From assembly GCA_004431415.1 (NCBI GenBank), contig QPMI01000470.1, forward strand, positions 124,001 to 188,000: a stretch of 64,000 nt of DNA, in the 5' to 3' direction. Under the pieces are notes generated by a model, which was given only the letters and a program-made list of their open reading frames with translations, ran no database searches and was not told the DNA's origin. Made by a program: the position numbers and the translations under genes. This document shows, one piece after another, positions 1 through 9,881 of the stretch (its first letter is position 1; every line of letters starts with the position of its first letter). The DNA is from Cyanophora paradoxa CCMP329 (lineage: Eukaryota > Plantae > Glaucophyta).

Positions 1-733
1 GGGTTGTTGCACCAAGACTGAAAGTTGTGATATTTTGACCAACATGGGCAAGGGTTCCATCTGTAAAGTTTCCAAGACCATCATCAGCAGTTGCATCAAC
101 AGTTCCAACAGCAGTTGTGAGTTCACGACCACCATAGGAAGTTTCGACATAACCCTTGTCAGCATCCTTAAACCAAACAGTAACAACCATTTCACCAGAT
201 AAAGCACCAAGGGGAAGGTAGTGATTGAGCCAAGGCACTGGGATTTCAACGAAAAATGAGCCACCAAGTCGGTTGGTTCCATGAGCAGGGATACCATGAA
301 CCATGCCCATTGATCGTTTCTTTTTAGCTAGTTGATCCTCCGAATAATAGACCAGGGGGAAATGAGCAAGGAAATCAGAGGGAATGTGGTAGGTGTAAGA
401 TCCATAGGTAATTTCAAGTCGCTGAACTAAAGCACCAACTGGGCGAGTGTATCCATTGCGAACAAGGTCCGTATCACCAGCAAAAGTGATGGCTGGAAGG
501 TCGAAAGCAAGTTCGAGTTTTCCACAGAAATTGTAGCGAGGTAGCTTGAAGGAAATGCGATTTCCAACATTATTCTCAAAAGTATTGCTGGGATTCACAA
601 CAACTAGAACTGGCTTAGACTTGGATTCGAGACCAAGCATAAGGGAGTTATCCAGGAAAAAGGCTTTCGCCTCCTCTGGGGTTGTTAGGGCTTCTTTCAG
701 CGAAAGTCTTTGAAGAGTGGAAGTGATATCCAT
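1..733 (-). CDS. Major capsid protein, double jelly-roll, N-terminal ~244 aa (runs off the window)
   Basis: Manual translation from ATG at 733 is open to the window edge: MDITSTLQRL...NRISFKLPRYNFCGKLELAFDLPAI...LVQRLEITYGSYTYHIPSDFL...FFVEIPVPWLNHYLPLGAL. These blocks follow the order and pattern of the NCLDV/PLV MCP N-terminal jelly roll (ISRxGDL..YL.V.LP; LI..VE..IGG; LYIPL.FW..LPL.AL). The gene is adjacent to pentons. Confidence 0.8.
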   Translation of the reverse strand, partial: MDITSTLQRLSLKEALTTPEEAKAFFLDNSLMLGLESKSKPVLVVVNPSNTFENNVGNRISFKLPRYNFCGKLELAFDLPAITFAGDTDLVRNGYTRPVGALVQRLEITYGSYTYHIPSDFLAHFPLVYYSEDQLAKKKRSMGMVHGIPAHGTNRLGGSFFVEIPVPWLNHYLPLGALSGEMVVTVWFKDADKGYVETSYGGRELTTAVGTVDATADDGLGNFTDGTLAHVGQNITTFSLGATT

Positions 734-786
734 TATATTCTCTTTTATTATACTGCAACATAAAAAATCTACCAATGATCCTTAAT

Positions 787-1818
787 TTATGCGAAGCTTG
801 TAATAACTGGATAGGAAGGGTGAAGCTGTGACATTCGCATCTTAAAGTATTCATAAACTGGGTCCCCAGCTGGCTCATCACCATAGCGAATTTCAAAGGT
901 AAGATGAACAGGTTGACCCTCAAAATCAATTGGTTCATTAATAGCATTTACAATATCAACCGAGAAAGTGGATAATCCAACCTTTTTGTTATAGTATTTA
1001 TAAAGTGGATGAGCCTCTGTCGAATTGTAAACTACATGCTCACCATAATCTTTGTCAGGGACCACTATTTTATGGAAGTAACCAGTCAGAAGACCATCCC
1101 CACATTGCACCAGATCACCCAGCTCCTTTACTCTCACAAACAAAACACTGTCCCTGGTCTTCTCAGGCTCAAAAGAAGATAGAATACCGTTTACTCGAGT
1201 CCCAGTAAAGATACCATCAGTGAGAGCATCATAAACTTGTGATTGGATTGAGGAATTGCCATATCTTCCAGGATCAAGACCAAGCAGTCTCCCTGAACTC
1301 AATAGCTTTTGAATTGTTTGCAGGTTTGGATTTACAGCAAGTGAGAAAGCCAGGTAAAAAGGTTTTTCGGAATGGAATACTATTCGTTTCAGTGACTCAT
1401 CCCATTTGCAGCGAAGAGATGGTTTAGGATTTTTTAAATCGAACTTTTCATTAATAACATTCACCAGTTGTTGGTGGCTTTGAATGGGGGCTTTGCGACT
1501 TATAATGATTTGTTTCCACTGTTCAAAGTCCTCAGCTGGGCGAACTGTGGGGATACCATCAATTCCAGCTCCTGCATATTGTTCAGAATAGTAAATACTA
1601 AATGAATTGTCGATTGTTACATCTCCAACTTTGGTTTCACCACTCACCATAGGGATGCTGTTATAAAATTCGGCTGATACCAGTCTCACAGCCCTCACAT
1701 TCTCATAAGAACTTGGGAGTCTAGCCACAAAGCTTGATGTGGGACCATCACCAGAGATTGTATTAAATGAGCTAACCTCAATGTAATCCACAGGCATTCT
1801 TCTTTTATCTATATTCAT
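787..1818 (-). CDS. Minor capsid (penton-like) protein 1
   Basis: N-terminal 'FVARLPSSYENVRAVRLVSAEFYN' and C-terminal 'LSTFSVDIVNAINEPIDFEGQPVHLTFEI' match the penton single jelly-roll pattern (LP..Y.NV...RL.S.E; L..G..IDF.G....FEI). Confidence 0.75.
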   Translation of the reverse strand: MNIDKRRMPVDYIEVSSFNTISGDGPTSSFVARLPSSYENVRAVRLVSAEFYNSIPMVSGETKVGDVTIDNSFSIYYSEQYAGAGIDGIPTVRPAEDFEQWKQIIISRKAPIQSHQQLVNVINEKFDLKNPKPSLRCKWDESLKRIVFHSEKPFYLAFSLAVNPNLQTIQKLLSSGRLLGLDPGRYGNSSIQSQVYDALTDGIFTGTRVNGILSSFEPEKTRDSVLFVRVKELGDLVQCGDGLLTGYFHKIVVPDKDYGEHVVYNSTEAHPLYKYYNKKVGLSTFSVDIVNAINEPIDFEGQPVHLTFEIRYGDEPAGDPVYEYFKMRMSQLHPSYPVITSFA

Positions 1819-1826
1819 ATATTAAA

Positions 1827-2759
1827 ATGAACCGGCTTGTTAATATTGATAGCAGGGATAGAAGCCAAGGACAAAATGAAAACTCTTACAGGGTCACCCT
1901 CACAACTCCAGTAGAGAGACCAAGAGAATGCAGGGTTCTTTATGCAGAGATTCCAAACAGTATCTATAACAGTGTGGGAACTGATCATATAACAGTTGAT
2001 TTTAACTACCAAGATGGTTCATACAATGAAATCATCACACAGAAAGTGTATCCCCTTCCCAGTGGCTACATTAACCAGGGTCATTTTGGGGTCACACATC
2101 CCTATAATTATGGGCTGAACTATTCAAGCTTCAAAACCATTGCAGATAAAACTGTGTTTTTTGAGTTCAAAATATTCTACAATCCAACTACCTATAAAGT
2201 GGAGTTTTACAGTAACCATGAGTTCCGTTTTATTGCAAGCAACAAGCGAATAGGGAAGCTTTTGGGTGTAAGTTCTACTGAATACACCACTGGGTATTAT
2301 AGCACTCCTCCTGTTGGTGGATCTCCATATCGACCTGAGAACCTTTTAAAGTATGATGGCAAACCTATTACACCTGATCACCCAGCATGGGGAATCACCT
2401 TCTCAGGACCCAGACTCTCCTCAAAGCCCTTGCAGTATTATTTCACCAGTAATAAGATGTCTGATATGAATGCTGAGCAGTATCTGTACATGCATATTAA
2501 AGAGCTTGCCCCCTTTGCAAGTAGACACAATATAATTCCGAAATCGCAACCACAAAACCAGGGAGCTATCCTTAGATTACAATTGAGTAAAGATATAGGT
2601 GGCTATGTTTACCATAGTGGTGAACATGCAGAATTTATTCAAATCAATGACAGAAACCTGGTGATAAGGGAACTCACTGTGGAGTTTAAAGATTACTTTG
2701 GTGAACTGATTGATATGAATGGAATCGATAATTCGTTTCAGTTGGAGTTTATCGAATAA
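1827..2759 (+). CDS. Minor capsid (penton-like) protein 2
   Basis: Motifs 'NIDSRDR', 'RVLYAEIPNS', 'YLYMHIKEL' and 'LTVEFKDYFGELIDMNGIDNSFQLEF' are typical of NCLDV-type penton proteins. Confidence 0.8.
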   Translation: MNRLVNIDSRDRSQGQNENSYRVTLTTPVERPRECRVLYAEIPNSIYNSVGTDHITVDFNYQDGSYNEIITQKVYPLPSGYINQGHFGVTHPYNYGLNYSSFKTIADKTVFFEFKIFYNPTTYKVEFYSNHEFRFIASNKRIGKLLGVSSTEYTTGYYSTPPVGGSPYRPENLLKYDGKPITPDHPAWGITFSGPRLSSKPLQYYFTSNKMSDMNAEQYLYMHIKELAPFASRHNIIPKSQPQNQGAILRLQLSKDIGGYVYHSGEHAEFIQINDRNLVIRELTVEFKDYFGELIDMNGIDNSFQLEFIE

Positions 2760-4304
2760 AGGCACCTGTGAAATCAACTCTCATTGTGGGAGCATTCACA
2801 TACACAAGGGGATAAATGCGAATATATTTGATTCTGAGAGAATAACCTATGTAAAAAGCATCCTTGATGCTGAGAGGAAATCCACTCAATAGAGCCACAT
2901 CACCAGAGTTGTGAGCATTGTTAATGTTCTCACAGACATATATTTTGTTTTGCCCATCTGATCGAATAAAAGACCAGTTGATCCCATCAGTGGATGTTGC
3001 CACATTGAAAGTCTTAATAAAAGCATTTGTTTCCCCTGATCCATAGGCAATCACAGATGAGAGTTCAAAAGTATATGGAAAAGCAACTTGAAGGTATTCA
3101 GTGGGAGTTTCCCATATTTGTTCAGGAGCATAGGCTCCAGCTTCCCAGCCAAATGCTGAAGGTCTTGCCATGAAAGGCTCTTTACCTGTCACAGAGGATG
3201 AGGCAGTAAAGGCATCATCTGCAAGCTGATACCAATTAGCATCTAAAGGAGGTGACTCTGTGAGAGTGGATGAGATGTAAGCCTTTGTAGGGTTCTTTAG
3301 TTCATAGTTTGCTACTAGAAGACTGCAAAGCTTATTAATCATATCATTGTTTGCTGCTATGTATGTTTCAGTGAATGCTAGCATATCTGGGATCTTAGAT
3401 GTGTCATCCAGAGAGCTTACAATGTGATTTGGAAGAGGGACTGATAGCCTATAGTATCTTCCATAATCCTGATCATAGTTGTAGGGTAACAACTCCTCCA
3501 TCTTATCAAGGGCAGAAAGCTCACTTGCAGCCATGAGCATGTTAATCAATGGGCTTCCATCTGTTGAGGCAATCCATGAGAGAATTCCCCAGCTGTTCAC
3601 AGTCTCATAAGCATAACCCACATAATCAGACTCTAAATGTGGGTCCACCTCACCACAAGAGATGCTTATTACTATAATATCATCATCATCACTGTAAATC
3701 TTCTTTGCATGGCTGTAACCACACACACTGGGATTATTGTTTCCCGAAATGGCACCATCAATGAGACAGACAAATACCCCCTGATTGAAATCAACAATGC
3801 TTACAGGAGAGAAATATGTAGGAGCAGCAGAAGTAGCCCTAGCAGCAATCTTACAAGGCAGAAAGCTGTAATTGTTATCATTTGTGATAAATATTGGTTT
3901 CATATTCTGAGTATCAAAGGATGTAATCACAATGTCCTTTAAGGAATCCTGTATTAGTGATTCACCAGTAACTGAATTGATTGCAGTTTCCAAGGGTCCC
4001 ACATCATATTTTGTATTAAAAAGGGCATTTTCGATGATATTTCGAGGATTTGCGAAAATCAAGGGCAGTTGAGTTAGGTAAATATTGTGTAAATCGTTTG
4101 CTGTCAGTTTAGGTTCACCTGGTTTATCAGGATGCCTTATATTCAAACCTATTGCAATGATCCCACCAGTGGAAGTTCCACTCACAAGATCCACAAGATC
4201 GATTATTCTCCTGCCAGTTCGATTTTCGATTTCTTTGAGCAGCCTGGTTATGATAATGCCCCTTGCACCTCCCCTGACAAACTGAGAACTACTTTGAGAG
4301 GCAT
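2749..4304 (-). CDS. Patatin-like phospholipase fused to a C-terminal F5/8 type C (discoidin) domain; apparent 1-nt frameshift near 4271-4274
   Basis: Patatin motifs GTSTG (GxSxG), ATSAAPTYF and IDGA are present. The C-terminus 'EYLQVAF...STDGINW...YIRIYP...MRVDFTG' is F5/8C-like. The likely ATG is at 4304 (MPLKVVLSLS); adding one G to the G4 run restores SGGGARGII in frame with the 481-aa ORF. Confidence 0.85.
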
Positions 4305-4345
4305 CTTTTACTTATCAGGAATTTTATAAATCCATATAGTAAAAG
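4305..4345. promoter_or_regulatory. Putative bidirectional viral promoter with two inverted AGTAAAAG boxes
   Basis: AGTAAAAG lies directly before the patatin ATG (minus strand) and 2 nt before the fibre ATG (plus strand, 4338-4345). The same octamer occurs at 9869-9876 before ORF 9882. Confidence 0.45.
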
Positions 4346-4347
4346 CC

Positions 4348-7185
4348 ATGAGCTTCAATTACCCACCCAATCTAGAAACCATTCAAGATGATAATGCAAG
4401 CAGCACCAAGCATGTGAACTTTGATAATATTAAAGTAAAGGGTTCAGTTTCGATTGACCACAGTTCCGATAATTCATCCAAGACTCAATCAAGGGAGCAT
4501 GCTTTATCTGTGAATCAAACCGATCCAGATAAGGAGGAAGTCAGTGTAGCTTTTAGCTTGGGTAATGTGAAAGCAAACCAAGTGGCAGAGATCAAAGCAA
4601 CAAGAAGGAGACCTAGGAAACTAAAAACCAGTGGCACTCATCCAGATATACCTTCCAGGTTTGACAGTGGTCGTTTGGTTTTCAATGTTCAAGATGAGCA
4701 GGGCAAACAGAACACAGGTTTGCGAATTTACAATGAGGGCAGCATTGCAAAAGCTGAGGTCCCCCAAGTATTGCAAGTGGGTCCCATTGCCAATACAAAT
4801 CAGGTCTCCTACACAAATGATGTCTACCCCAAGGATATTACATATGACTTTGCGAGGAATGAGCCTTTTGGGTTCTTTACTCCAAAAGATGTCCATCAAA
4901 AAAAGCCATCAATTACAATCAACAGTAGCCCCAGTCAACCAGTAGCAATCCATTTACATCCTGATCTTGTTGAAATGGATAGGCACCTTTTGCCTTTGTA
5001 TAGCAATGTGAAAGACCTTGGAATTCGAACCAGGCAATGGCGAAATATCCATGGCAGCAATGTGTATGCAAATGGTGAGAAGCTTGTAAGTGAGAAGACC
5101 ATAAGAGAGATCTTTGAGTATTATGGACCTGTCCCAGTTCCCTTCCCTCTTCCATGGGATCCACCGGATTTAACACCGAAAAAGCAGCCTGGAAGAGAAT
5201 ACACAGCAACTGAAGATGTAGCCTTTGGGCAGCATATTGTTAGTTGGGAGCAAGTTCGCAATAAACCTATAATTGAACCAAGAAAGCAAATAGATGAGCA
5301 GTATTTACCTCCTGAAGTCGACATATTAGAGCTTGATGAATATCAATTCGTTCCAGATGAGGAGGAGTATTTACCAGATGGTTTTGACCCACAAGAATAT
5401 GAATATGATCAGTTTGACCCCAATGAGGAGGAGATACTACCAGATGGCTTAGATCCACAAGAGTTTGAGTATGAGCAGAACTATGAACCTGATGAGGAGT
5501 ATTTGCCAGATGGTCATGATCCACCAGCTGTTGACTATGAGCAACCTTATGAACCCCATGAGGAACTATTACCAGATGGATTTCGACCTGAGATCTGGGA
5601 GTTCTTTCCTGATTATGAACAAATTAATAATAAACCTGCAAAGTATCCCCCAGAGGATCACAACCATGATTGGGATGAAATCTTAGGCAAACCAGAGAAA
5701 TTCCCACCAGAGGATCACAGGCATGACTGGGGTGATCTGGATGGGATACCAGATAAGTTTGCAGCAAGCAACCATGAACACACCTGGGATGAGATCAATG
5801 ACCAACCAGAATTCGCAAAAGTAGAGCCTCTTGCTACTCTGGGAGTTTCTCTTTACCAGACTTGCAATGTCCCTGAAAGGATCTTTTTGAATCACCACTA
5901 TGTTCATGTGGAAGGGACACTTGCAAATTCAGCTATGATAGGACCATTGCATATTAGAACATTACCAGGCTCTTATAATCCACCACCAGAACCAGGAGCA
6001 ACCATACCAAATATCTTTGTGTCAAGCTACATGGAGGTTGACATACCCATAGATACTTTTAGAGTTCCAACAGACCCAGCAACCTACCAAAATTACAATG
6101 CAGCTATACAGGTTCATGTTGCAGATGTGAGCAGTCTGGATGGATCAAGACCAATGATAGTTTTCAGTCGAGATAAATACTCCTACATTCCCATAGTGGG
6201 AACTGCAAATGATAATTATGGAAGGGCAGAACTTGCATGGATAAAAACGAATTATGGTGGGGTTCTGGAAGCTAATCAAAGAATGGCTGCAAAAAACATT
6301 CACAACGAAAATATATCGAGAGTGGTAACAGAAGATTATTTAGAAGATCAAGGATATATTGACGAAGGAGAACTAACGAATATTCTTTCTTTATTCGTGA
6401 TTAAAAATGATACAAACCTTACAGTCACAAGTAACATTTACACCAGTAACATTTCAGCAAGTAACATTTGGACAAGTAACCTATGGGCAAGTAATATATG
6501 GACAAGTAATATTTACGGAAGTAATTTAGAGGTTGACTACTTGACTGTGAATATTGAAGCAAACCTACCAAATCATCCTACTTCTAATGTTGTTTTGGAT
6601 TGGATTGATAACCACACACACACAAAAGATGAGATCACAGATTTTGCACATGATCATTTATGGGAGCATATAACAAATCCCCCCTCAACCTTCCCGCCCA
6701 GTTCACACACTCATGACTACTCAGAGATCACAAACTCTAATCACAGACACATTTGGAGTGAAATAGATGAACAGCCAGTATTCGCACAATTGAATGCAAT
6801 CGGAAACGTTTTTAATGGAGTCACACTTTACCAATCGATTAATACACCTGAAAGGCTATTTTTGAATGATCATTATGTTAGTCTCAATGGTTCATTTACA
6901 GGTCAAGAAGGCACACCGATGGTGGGAACTCTTGCAGTAAGATTACCCAGGGATCCAATTGTAAATGGAGTTTATGATGGCGATTTTAATGTAGGAGTAA
7001 ATGACACTTTCCCCAGTATCTATGTTACAAATTATCACCCAGGTGAAACAGGACAAGTAGCCGATTTTTCAGCAGCGATACAAGTAAATGTAACAGATCA
7101 AAGTGCATATGATGGAGCAAGACCTAAAATTGTGTTCACAAGGTGTTTGGTTGGAGTCGCCAGAGAGCAACCGATAATGATGTAG
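4348..7185 (+). CDS. Virion fibre protein, N-terminal part (acidic 22-aa repeats, H-x-H-x-W phage-tail-like repeats, duplicated ~135-aa domain)
   Basis: Five E-E-(Y/I/L)-L-P-D-G-like repeats; seven HxHx(W/K/Y)xxI/L repeats; TSNI repeats; two copies of 'GVxLYQ..N.PER.FLN.HYV...AAIQV.V.D.S..DG.RP.IVF.R'. Confidence 0.7.
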   Translation: MSFNYPPNLETIQDDNASSTKHVNFDNIKVKGSVSIDHSSDNSSKTQSREHALSVNQTDPDKEEVSVAFSLGNVKANQVAEIKATRRRPRKLKTSGTHPDIPSRFDSGRLVFNVQDEQGKQNTGLRIYNEGSIAKAEVPQVLQVGPIANTNQVSYTNDVYPKDITYDFARNEPFGFFTPKDVHQKKPSITINSSPSQPVAIHLHPDLVEMDRHLLPLYSNVKDLGIRTRQWRNIHGSNVYANGEKLVSEKTIREIFEYYGPVPVPFPLPWDPPDLTPKKQPGREYTATEDVAFGQHIVSWEQVRNKPIIEPRKQIDEQYLPPEVDILELDEYQFVPDEEEYLPDGFDPQEYEYDQFDPNEEEILPDGLDPQEFEYEQNYEPDEEYLPDGHDPPAVDYEQPYEPHEELLPDGFRPEIWEFFPDYEQINNKPAKYPPEDHNHDWDEILGKPEKFPPEDHRHDWGDLDGIPDKFAASNHEHTWDEINDQPEFAKVEPLATLGVSLYQTCNVPERIFLNHHYVHVEGTLANSAMIGPLHIRTLPGSYNPPPEPGATIPNIFVSSYMEVDIPIDTFRVPTDPATYQNYNAAIQVHVADVSSLDGSRPMIVFSRDKYSYIPIVGTANDNYGRAELAWIKTNYGGVLEANQRMAAKNIHNENISRVVTEDYLEDQGYIDEGELTNILSLFVIKNDTNLTVTSNIYTSNISASNIWTSNLWASNIWTSNIYGSNLEVDYLTVNIEANLPNHPTSNVVLDWIDNHTHTKDEITDFAHDHLWEHITNPPSTFPPSSHTHDYSEITNSNHRHIWSEIDEQPVFAQLNAIGNVFNGVTLYQSINTPERLFLNDHYVSLNGSFTGQEGTPMVGTLAVRLPRDPIVNGVYDGDFNVGVNDTFPSIYVTNYHPGETGQVADFSAAIQVNVTDQSAYDGARPKIVFTRCLVGVAREQPIMM

Positions 7186-9530
7186 GATTAATTCATTATG
7201 ATAATATCGCTTTTAATCCTGTCGGCAAATATTCCGATTTTGATGTGGTGAGTGGTTGGAATAGCACAGGTGTAGCATTCCCAGCCGGAGGTTGGACAAC
7301 AGGATGGAAACCCACAACAGATAACCCAGTGGAAGGTTTTTATAGCAACCAGACAGATGATGAAAGTGGTAGTGGGTATATGCAATGTCAAGTGCCGGCA
7401 GGAATGAAAACATGTCACATACAATACTTATGTTGGACGAATGGGCGATATTTTGATATTAACGGATACCGAAATGGTCGATGGAATTATATTATGAGAG
7501 TGAATACGTATCAAAATGTTCAAAACACAGCCGACACAGCTTGGCATTCGAGTTTATTATGGACATCCGTATTTTGTGGGAGTTGTTCATATATTGGAAT
7601 TTTCGCAAAAAAAGGACGAATTCATATCGGAATGCTTGGATGGACAAAAGAAGTAGGTAGAACAGCGCCAGCTAATGGTTTGATAAGTTGGGATAACGTA
7701 TATAGCAAACCATCATTTTACTCAGCCGCAGACCTTCCACAAACAGCAACATGGGCTGTCTCCACTTGGTTAAAATCAACGGATAATGTCCCACGATTTT
7801 GGTTTGGAAATGGTGGAACTACATATATTCGAGGTTATGAGCATAGTGATGGTGTATCTGTCGAATTCAGAAACTCAGCAGATGCATGGCTATTAAGATC
7901 GTATTCAAATGGTAACCTTGCAGTTAACAATACTTTGACAGTTCCGACCATAAGTGCAACAACCATAGATGTTGCAACATTAAAAAGAAATGGTTATGAA
8001 ATTCCAAAATTCTACGCTTTTGATGACACAGTAGCAGGTGGTGCTTATCATTCAACAAATGGTAATTGGATAATTGGTAATGGGTGGCAATGGGATCCAG
8101 GATATAATTACGGAAGTTATGCCCTCAACAATGAATACGATGATCAAGTAACAACTACATCTTGGATTCAATACACAATTCCCACAGCATTGGTTAATGG
8201 GACAGCATTTCTCACTCATTTACCATGGAATACTTCCCGTTACTTTGAGATTTGGGGAGTCCGTAGTAATGGAAACATAGTATTTATTACAAGAGTAAAC
8301 AATTATCAACCACATAACAGCTATCCAGATAATTACCACGACGGAGTTAATAATGTCCCAATCTTCCTTGCCGGTCGATTTACTCACCTCCGTATTTATC
8401 CGAGAGTCGGAAGAGTTCATATTATGGGAATAGGTTTTACGCATGATCGAGCTAATAGTAGTTCATATGGTGGTCACACAGGGTTTATTTCTTGGGATAA
8501 CATTTATAGTAAGCCAAATCTACTAACTCCGAGTTTAGTGGGAAACATTACAGGTTTTGATACTTGGAGTGGGACGGGTAGTGGCGGTTTATCGTTTAGC
8601 GGGTCTTGGGGAACAGGTTGGACGGCTTCTGTTTCTAATCCTGTGGATGGATTTTATAGCACTATTGAAGGTGATACAACCAGCTCTGATTGGGCGCAAA
8701 TTGAAGTTCCCGCAAATATGCAAACATGTCACGTTCAATATTTGTGTTGGACGAATTGTAGATATTTCGATATTGGAGGTTATCGATCAGGTAGATGGTT
8801 CCACATTATGCGAGTTAATACTTACCAGGCTATCTCAAATTATGCATCCACAGATTATCACGATGGATTGGCGTGGGCTTCTTTTGCTTGTGATTATTTC
8901 ACACATGTAAGATTTGTTGCAAGGAAAGGGCGATGTTATATTGGAATGGTTGGATGGACGAAAGAAAAAGGGAGAACCTCACCAGCAAATGGTATGATCA
9001 GTTGGGATAATGTTTATAGTAAACCACTCACTACCACATGGACAGAAGACAATTGGATTGCCCCAATAGGAAGTTCACTCAGTCGTTTTTATTTTGGTTC
9101 AGCGGGAACAACTTACATAAGAGGTCATGCAGCAACAGTTGTAGAATTTAGAAATGCATCAGACACAAACATAGCATATATTGAACAGAGTGGATACATG
9201 TATATTGCGGCGTATTTGACACAAGGAAGCGATAGAAGATACAAAACCGATATTAAAAAGATAACCGGCGCTCTTTCAGCAATTGAGAAATTAGAAGGAG
9301 TAAGTTTTAAACGAATTGGAAGCGAAAAAGATGGAACGAAATTAGGTTTAATTGCGCAAGATGTAGAAAAGGTAATACCAGAGGTTGTTAATAAAAAATA
9401 TGATAATGGCTACCTATCTCTCGAATATACGGGTTTGGTTCCAGTTCTCATAGAAGCTGTTAAAGAATTATCTAAGAAATGCAAAGATCTGCAAAGTCAA
9501 ATAGACCAAATTAAAAATGTCACAGTATAA
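7143..9530 (+). CDS. Virion fibre protein, C-terminal part, with three ~150-aa repeat modules and a peptidase S74 intramolecular chaperone domain
   Basis: The C-terminus 'SDRRYKTDI...GLIAQDVEKVIPEVV...LEYTGLVPVLIEAVKEL' plus coiled coil is the S74 chaperone signature. Three modules each end in 'G.ISWDN.YSKP'. There is no ATG at the frame start, so this is probably the same gene as 4348-7185. Confidence 0.85.
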   Translation: MFGWSRQRATDNDVGLIHYDNIAFNPVGKYSDFDVVSGWNSTGVAFPAGGWTTGWKPTTDNPVEGFYSNQTDDESGSGYMQCQVPAGMKTCHIQYLCWTNGRYFDINGYRNGRWNYIMRVNTYQNVQNTADTAWHSSLLWTSVFCGSCSYIGIFAKKGRIHIGMLGWTKEVGRTAPANGLISWDNVYSKPSFYSAADLPQTATWAVSTWLKSTDNVPRFWFGNGGTTYIRGYEHSDGVSVEFRNSADAWLLRSYSNGNLAVNNTLTVPTISATTIDVATLKRNGYEIPKFYAFDDTVAGGAYHSTNGNWIIGNGWQWDPGYNYGSYALNNEYDDQVTTTSWIQYTIPTALVNGTAFLTHLPWNTSRYFEIWGVRSNGNIVFITRVNNYQPHNSYPDNYHDGVNNVPIFLAGRFTHLRIYPRVGRVHIMGIGFTHDRANSSSYGGHTGFISWDNIYSKPNLLTPSLVGNITGFDTWSGTGSGGLSFSGSWGTGWTASVSNPVDGFYSTIEGDTTSSDWAQIEVPANMQTCHVQYLCWTNCRYFDIGGYRSGRWFHIMRVNTYQAISNYASTDYHDGLAWASFACDYFTHVRFVARKGRCYIGMVGWTKEKGRTSPANGMISWDNVYSKPLTTTWTEDNWIAPIGSSLSRFYFGSAGTTYIRGHAATVVEFRNASDTNIAYIEQSGYMYIAAYLTQGSDRRYKTDIKKITGALSAIEKLEGVSFKRIGSEKDGTKLGLIAQDVEKVIPEVVNKKYDNGYLSLEYTGLVPVLIEAVKELSKKCKDLQSQIDQIKNVTV

Positions 9531-9533
9531 TAA

Positions 9534-9842
9534 ATGGCGACCTATCCACTCGGTGGAACTCCTTCTACTTCTTCTGAGCCTGTCGCTCTTGCTTTTGATA
9601 CTATCAAACTTGTAGCCGCACTACAAACTGTCGAAAAAACGATACAACAAACTAACAAACTGTCACCGGTTGTTCATGAATATAAAAACCTCTTGGTTAA
9701 TGTACTTGCGCAATCGGCTTATGGTGACCCAGTAACAAAATATGGTGAATGTGATTCTAACCTCAAAGCGATGACATCCAACATCCAATGTCTAACAACC
9801 GCTTACCAATCTCTTGGATCCAATCTAATTGCTTTGGCTTGA
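9534..9842 (+). CDS. Hypothetical viral protein (102 aa, likely helical)
   Basis: Clean ATG ORF 3 nt after the fibre stop, in TAAATG context; no recognisable motif. Confidence 0.6.
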   Translation: MATYPLGGTPSTSSEPVALAFDTIKLVAALQTVEKTIQQTNKLSPVVHEYKNLLVNVLAQSAYGDPVTKYGECDSNLKAMTSNIQCLTTAYQSLGSNLIALA

Positions 9843-9881
9843 ATGGTGTTTATTTTTCTTTCCTTCTAAGTAAAAGAAGCA

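Noticed and set aside
648-947. 99-aa minus-strand ORF and other short ORFs overlapping viral genes
   Set aside because: They overlap better-supported MCP, penton, patatin or fibre frames and have no motifs.
7130-7160. Programmed -1 ribosomal frameshift joining the fibre ORFs
   Set aside because: No X-XXY-YYZ slippery site, and both flanking domains are truncated, which fits a deletion better.
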